NCBI GenBank assembly: GCA_032718475.1
Contig: JAUCBJ010009103.1
Location: 248,001 to 312,000 of the forward strand
Origin: Nemertoderma westbladi
Lineage: Eukaryota; Animalia; Xenacoelomorpha
DNA length: 64,000 nucleotides
Direction of reading: 5' to 3'
Part shown: positions 59,372 to 64,000 of the stretch, piece by piece
Layout of the letters: the number at the start of each line of letters is the position of its first letter
Numbering within the stretch: the stretch's first letter is position 1
Program-made: the position numbers and the translations under genes
Notes under the pieces: generated by a model
Told to the model about the DNA's origin: nothing
The model's input: only the letters and a program-made list of their open reading frames with translations
The model's database searches: none

Positions 59372-62300
59372 AAAAGTACGGGTTGAAATACTACCCAGAT
59401 CCAAATCTGTACTACTGAGAAAGGAGGCAGGTTAGTTGGGCAAAAGTAGGGGTTGAAATACTACCCAGATCCAGATCTGGGAAAGTTGGCAGGTTAGTTG
59501 GGCAAAAGTACGGGTTGAAATACTACCCAGATCCAAATCTGTACTACTGGGAAAGGAGGCAGGTTAGTTGGGCAAAAGTAGGGGTTGAAATACAACCCAG
59601 ATCCAAATCTGTGCTACTGGGAAAGGAGGCAGGTTAGTTGGGCAAAAGTAGGGGTTGAAATACTACCCAGATCCAAATCTGTACTACTGGGAAAGGAGGC
59701 AGGTTAGTTGGGCAAAAGTAGGGGTTGAAATACTACCCAGATCCAAATCTGTACTACTGGGAAAGGAGGCAGGTTAGTTGGGCAAAAGTAGGGGTTGAAA
59801 TACTACCCAGATTCAAATCTGTACTACTGGGAAAGGAGGCAGGTTAGTTGGGCAAAAGTAGGGGTTGAAATACTACCCAGATCCAGATCTGGGAAAGTTG
59901 GCAGGTTAGTTGGGCAAAAGTACGGGTTGAAATACTACCCAGATCCAAATCTGTACTACTGGGAAAGGAGGCAGCTTAGTTGGGCAAAAGTAGGGATTGA
60001 AATACTACTCAGATCCAAATCTGTACTACTGGGAAAGGAGTCACGTTAGTTGGGCAAAAGTAGGGGTTGAAATGCTACCCAGATCCATATCTGTACTACT
60101 GGGGAAGGAGGCAGGTTAGATGGGCAAAAGTAGGGGTTGAAATACTACCCAGATCCAAATCTGTACTACTGAGAAAGGAGGCACGTTAGTTGGGCAAAAG
60201 TAGGGGTTGAAATACTACCCAGATCCAAATCTGTACTACTGGGAAAGGAGGTAGGTTGTTGGGCAAAAGTAGGGGTTGAAATACTACCCAGATCCAAATC
60301 TGTACTACTGAGAAAGGAGGCAGGTTAGTTGGGCAAAAGTAGGGGTTGAAATACTACCCAGATCCAGATCTCTACTACTGGGAAAGGAGGCAGGTTAGTT
60401 GGGCAAAAGTAGGGGTTGAAATACTACCCAGATCCAAATCTGTACTACTGGGAAAGGAGGCAGGTTAGTTGGGCAAAAGTAGGGGTTGAAATACTACCCA
60501 GATCCAGATCTGGGAAAGTTGGCAGGTTAGTTGGGCAAAAGTACGGGTTGAAATACTACCCAGATCCAAATCTGTACTACTGGGAAAGGAGGCAGGTTGG
60601 TTGGGCAAAAGTAGGGGTTGAAATACAACCCAGATCCAAATCTGTGCTACTGGGAAAGGAGGCAGGTTAGTTGGGCAAAAGTAGGGGTTGAAATACTACC
60701 CAGATCCAAATCTGTACTACTGGGAAAGGAGGCAGGTTAGTTGGGCAAAAGTAGGGGTTGAAATACTACCCAGATCCAAATCTGTGCTACTGGGAAAGGA
60801 GGCAGGTTAGTTGGGCAAAAGTAGGGGTTGAAATACTATCCAGATCTGGGAAAGTTGGCAGGTTAGTTGGGCAAAAGTACGGGTTGAAATACTACCCAGA
60901 TCCAAATCTGTACTACTGGGAAAGGAGGCAGGTTAGTTGGGCAAAAGTTGGGGTTGAAATACTACCCAGATCCACATCTGTGCTACTGGGAAAGGAGGCA
61001 GGTTAGTTGGGCAAAAGTAGGGGTTGAAATACTACCCAGATCCAGATCTGGGAAAGTTGGCAGGTTAGTTGGGCAAAAGTACGGGTTGAAATACTACCCA
61101 GATCCAAATCTGTACTACTGGGAAAGGAGGCAGGTTAGTTGGGCAAAAGTAGGGGTTGAACTACTACCCAGATCCAGATCTGTACTAACTACTGGGAATG
61201 GAGGCAGGTTAGTTGGGCAAAAGTAGGGGTTGAAATACTACCCAGATCCTAATCTGTACTACTGGGAAAAGAGGCAGGTTAGTTGGGTAAAAGTAGGGGT
61301 TGAAATACTACCCAGACCCAAATCTGTACTACTGGGAAAGGAGGCAGGTTTGTTGGGCAAAAGTAGGGGTTGAAATACTACCCAGATCCAAATCTGTACT
61401 ACTGGGAAAGGAGGCAGGTTAGTTGGGTAAAAGTAGGGGTTGAAATACTACCCAGATCCAAATCTGTACTACTGGGAAAGGAGGCAGGTTAGTTGGGCAA
61501 AAGTAGGGGTTGAAATGCTACCCAGACCAAGATCTGTACTACTGGGAAAGGAGGCAGCTTTGGCAAAAGTAGGGGTTGAAATGCTACCCAGATCCAGATC
61601 TGTACTACTGGGAAATACAAATAAGGCAGGTTAGTTGGGCAAAAGTAGGGGTTGAAATACTACCCAGATCCAGATCTCTACTACTGGGAAAGGAGGCAGG
61701 TTAGTTGGGCAAAAGTAGGGGTTGAAATACTACCCAGATCCAAATCTGTACTACTGGGAAAGGAGGCAGGTTAGTTGGGCAAAAGTAGGGGTTGAAATAC
61801 TACCCAGATCCAGATCTGGGAAAGTTGGCAGGTTAGTTGGGCAAAAGTACGGGTTGAAATACTACCCAGATCCAAATCTGTACTACTGGGAAAGGAGGCA
61901 GGTTGGTTGGGCAAAAGTAGGGGTTGAAATACAACCCAGATCCAAATCTGTGCTACTGGGAAAGGAGGCAGGTTAGTTGGGCAAAAGTAGGGGTTGAAAT
62001 ACTACCCAGATCCAAATCTGTACTACTGGGAAAGGAGGCAGGTTAGTTGGGCAAAAGTAGGGGTTGAAATACTACCCAGATCCAAATCTGTGCTACTGGG
62101 AAAGGAGGCAGGTTAGTTGGGCAAAAGTAGGGGTTGAAATACTACCCAGATCCAGATCTGGGAAAGTTGGCAGGTTAGTTGGGCAAAAGTACGGGTTGAA
62201 ATACTACCCAGATCCAAATCTGTACTACTGGGAAAGGAGGCAGGTTAGTTGGGCAAAAGTTGGGGTTGAAATACTACCCAGATCCACATCTGTGCTACTG

Positions 62301-64000
62301 GGAAAGGAGGCAGGTTAGTTGGGCAAAAGTAGGGGTTGAAATACTACCCAGATCCAGATCTGGGAAAGTTGGCAGGTTAGTTGGGCAAAAGTACGGGTTG
62401 AAATACTACCCAGATCCAAATCTGTACTACTGGGAAAGGAGGCAGGTTAGTTGGGCAAAAGTAGGGGTTGAAATACTACCCAGATCCAGATCTGTACTAA
62501 CTACTGGGAATGGAGGCAGGTTAGTTGGGCAAAAGTAGGGGTTGAAATACTACCCAGATCCTAATCTGTACTACTGGGAAAAGAGGCAGGTTAGTTGGGT
62601 AAAAGTAGGGGTTGAAATACTACCCAGACCCAAATCTGTACTACTGGGAAAGGAGGCAGGTTTGTTGGGCAAAAGTAGGGGTTGAAATACTACCCAGATC
62701 CAAATCTGTACTACTGGGAAAGGAGGCAGGTTAGTTGGGTAAAAGTAGGGGTTGAAATACTACCCAGATCCAAATCTGTACTACTGGGAAAGGAGGCAGG
62801 TTAGTTGGGCAAAAGTAGGGGTTGAAATGCTACCCAGACCAAGATCTGTACTACTGGGAAAGGAGGCAGCTTTGGCAAAAGTAGGGGTTGAAATGCTACC
62901 CAGATCCAGATCTGTACTACTGGGAAAGGAGGCAGGTTAGTTGGGCAAAAGTAGGGGTTGAAATACTACCCAGATCCAGATCTGGGAAAGTTGGCAGGTT
63001 AGTTGGGCAAAAGTACGGGTTGAAATACTACCCAGATCCAAATCTGTACTACTGGGAAAGGAGGCAGGTTGGTTGGGCAAAAGTAGGGGTTGAAATACAA
63101 CCCAGATCCAAATCTGTGCTACTGGGAAAGGAGGCAGGTTAGTTGGGCAAAAGTAGGGGTTGAAATACTACCCAGATCCAAATCTGTACTACTGGGAAAG
63201 GAGGCAGGTTAGTTGGGCAAAAGTAGGGGTTGAAATACTACCCAGATCCAAATCTGTGCTACTGGGAAAGGAGGCAGGTTAGTTGGGCAAAAGTAGGGGT
63301 TGAAATACTACCCAGATCCAGATCTGGGAAAGTTGGCAGGTTAGTTGGGCAAAAGTACGGGTTGAAATACTACCCAGATCCAAATCTGTACTACTGGGAA
63401 AGGAGGCAGGTTAGTTGGGCAAAAGTTGGGGTTGAAATACTACCCAGATCCACATCTGTGCTACTGGGAAAGGAGGCAGGTTAGTTGGGCAAAAGTAGGG
63501 GTTGAAATACTACCCAGATCCAGATCTGGGAAAGTTGGCAGGTTAGTTGGGCAAAAGTACGGGTTGAAATACTACCCAGATCCAAATCTGTACTACTGGG
63601 AAAGGAGGCAGGTTAGTTGGGCAAAAGTAGGGGTTGAAATACTACCCAGATCCAGATCTGTACTAACTACTGGGAATGGAGGCAGGTTAGTTGGGCAAAA
63701 GTAGGGGTTGAAATACTACCCAGATCCTAATCTGTACTACTGGGAAAAGAGGCAGGTTAGTTGGGTAAAAGTAGGGGTTGAAATACTACCCAGACCCAAA
63801 TCTGTACTACTGGGAAAGGAGGCAGGTTTGTTGGGCAAAAGTAGGGGTTGAAATACTACCCAGATCCAAATCTGTACTACTGGGAAAGGAGGCAGGTTAG
63901 TTGGGTAAAAGTAGGGGTTGAAATACTACCCAGATCCAAATCTGTACTACTGGGAAAGGAGGCAGGTTAGTTGGGCAAAAGTAGGGGTTGAAATGCTACC
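59372..64000 (+). repeat. 70-bp exon-derived satellite, right block (~66 units, runs off the window)
   Basis: Same unit resumes exactly after the TSD (AAAAG-TACGGGTTG). Higher-order periods of 1166 and 1312 bp. Confidence 0.98.

Noticed and set aside
35608-64000. CRISPR-like array, or a family of 84-aa MKYYPDPNLYYWERRQ proteins
   Set aside because: Units are head-to-tail with no unique spacers and there are no cas genes. The ORFs start at TTG and arise from 70+62-bp phasing of exon-derived repeats.

Overview
AT-rich animal (invertebrate-like) nuclear DNA dominated by nested transposons. Host genes: an intronless RPL35 CDS (16813-17193) and the first two exons of NDUFA10 (32651-33030, 35554-35674). 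The 3' end and splice donor of NDUFA10 exon 2 have been amplified into a 70-bp satellite of about 200 copies that runs off the end of the window. A young, full-length 14.1-kb BEL/Pao LTR retrotransposon (45251-59371) sits inside that satellite. Downstream of pol it carries an extra ORF encoding a DEDDy 3'-5' exonuclease plus three CCHC zinc knuckles, and it has no tRNA primer-binding site; the bases next to the LTR are instead complementary to the LTR itself. A second, non-autonomous LTR element (20450-30742) shows the same self-complementary arrangement, and one of its LTRs holds a CACTA/EnSpm-like element with a captured DCAF1/VprBP 5' fragment. Also present: an intact DD41D (rosa/Visitor) Tc1/mariner, a Kolobok-like MITE, a decayed Sola2-like host element, RTE- and CRE-like LINE fragments, a 1.27-kb palindrome with a zig-zag foldback core, and several MITEs. 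All family calls come from motif recognition by eye; no database searches were run.
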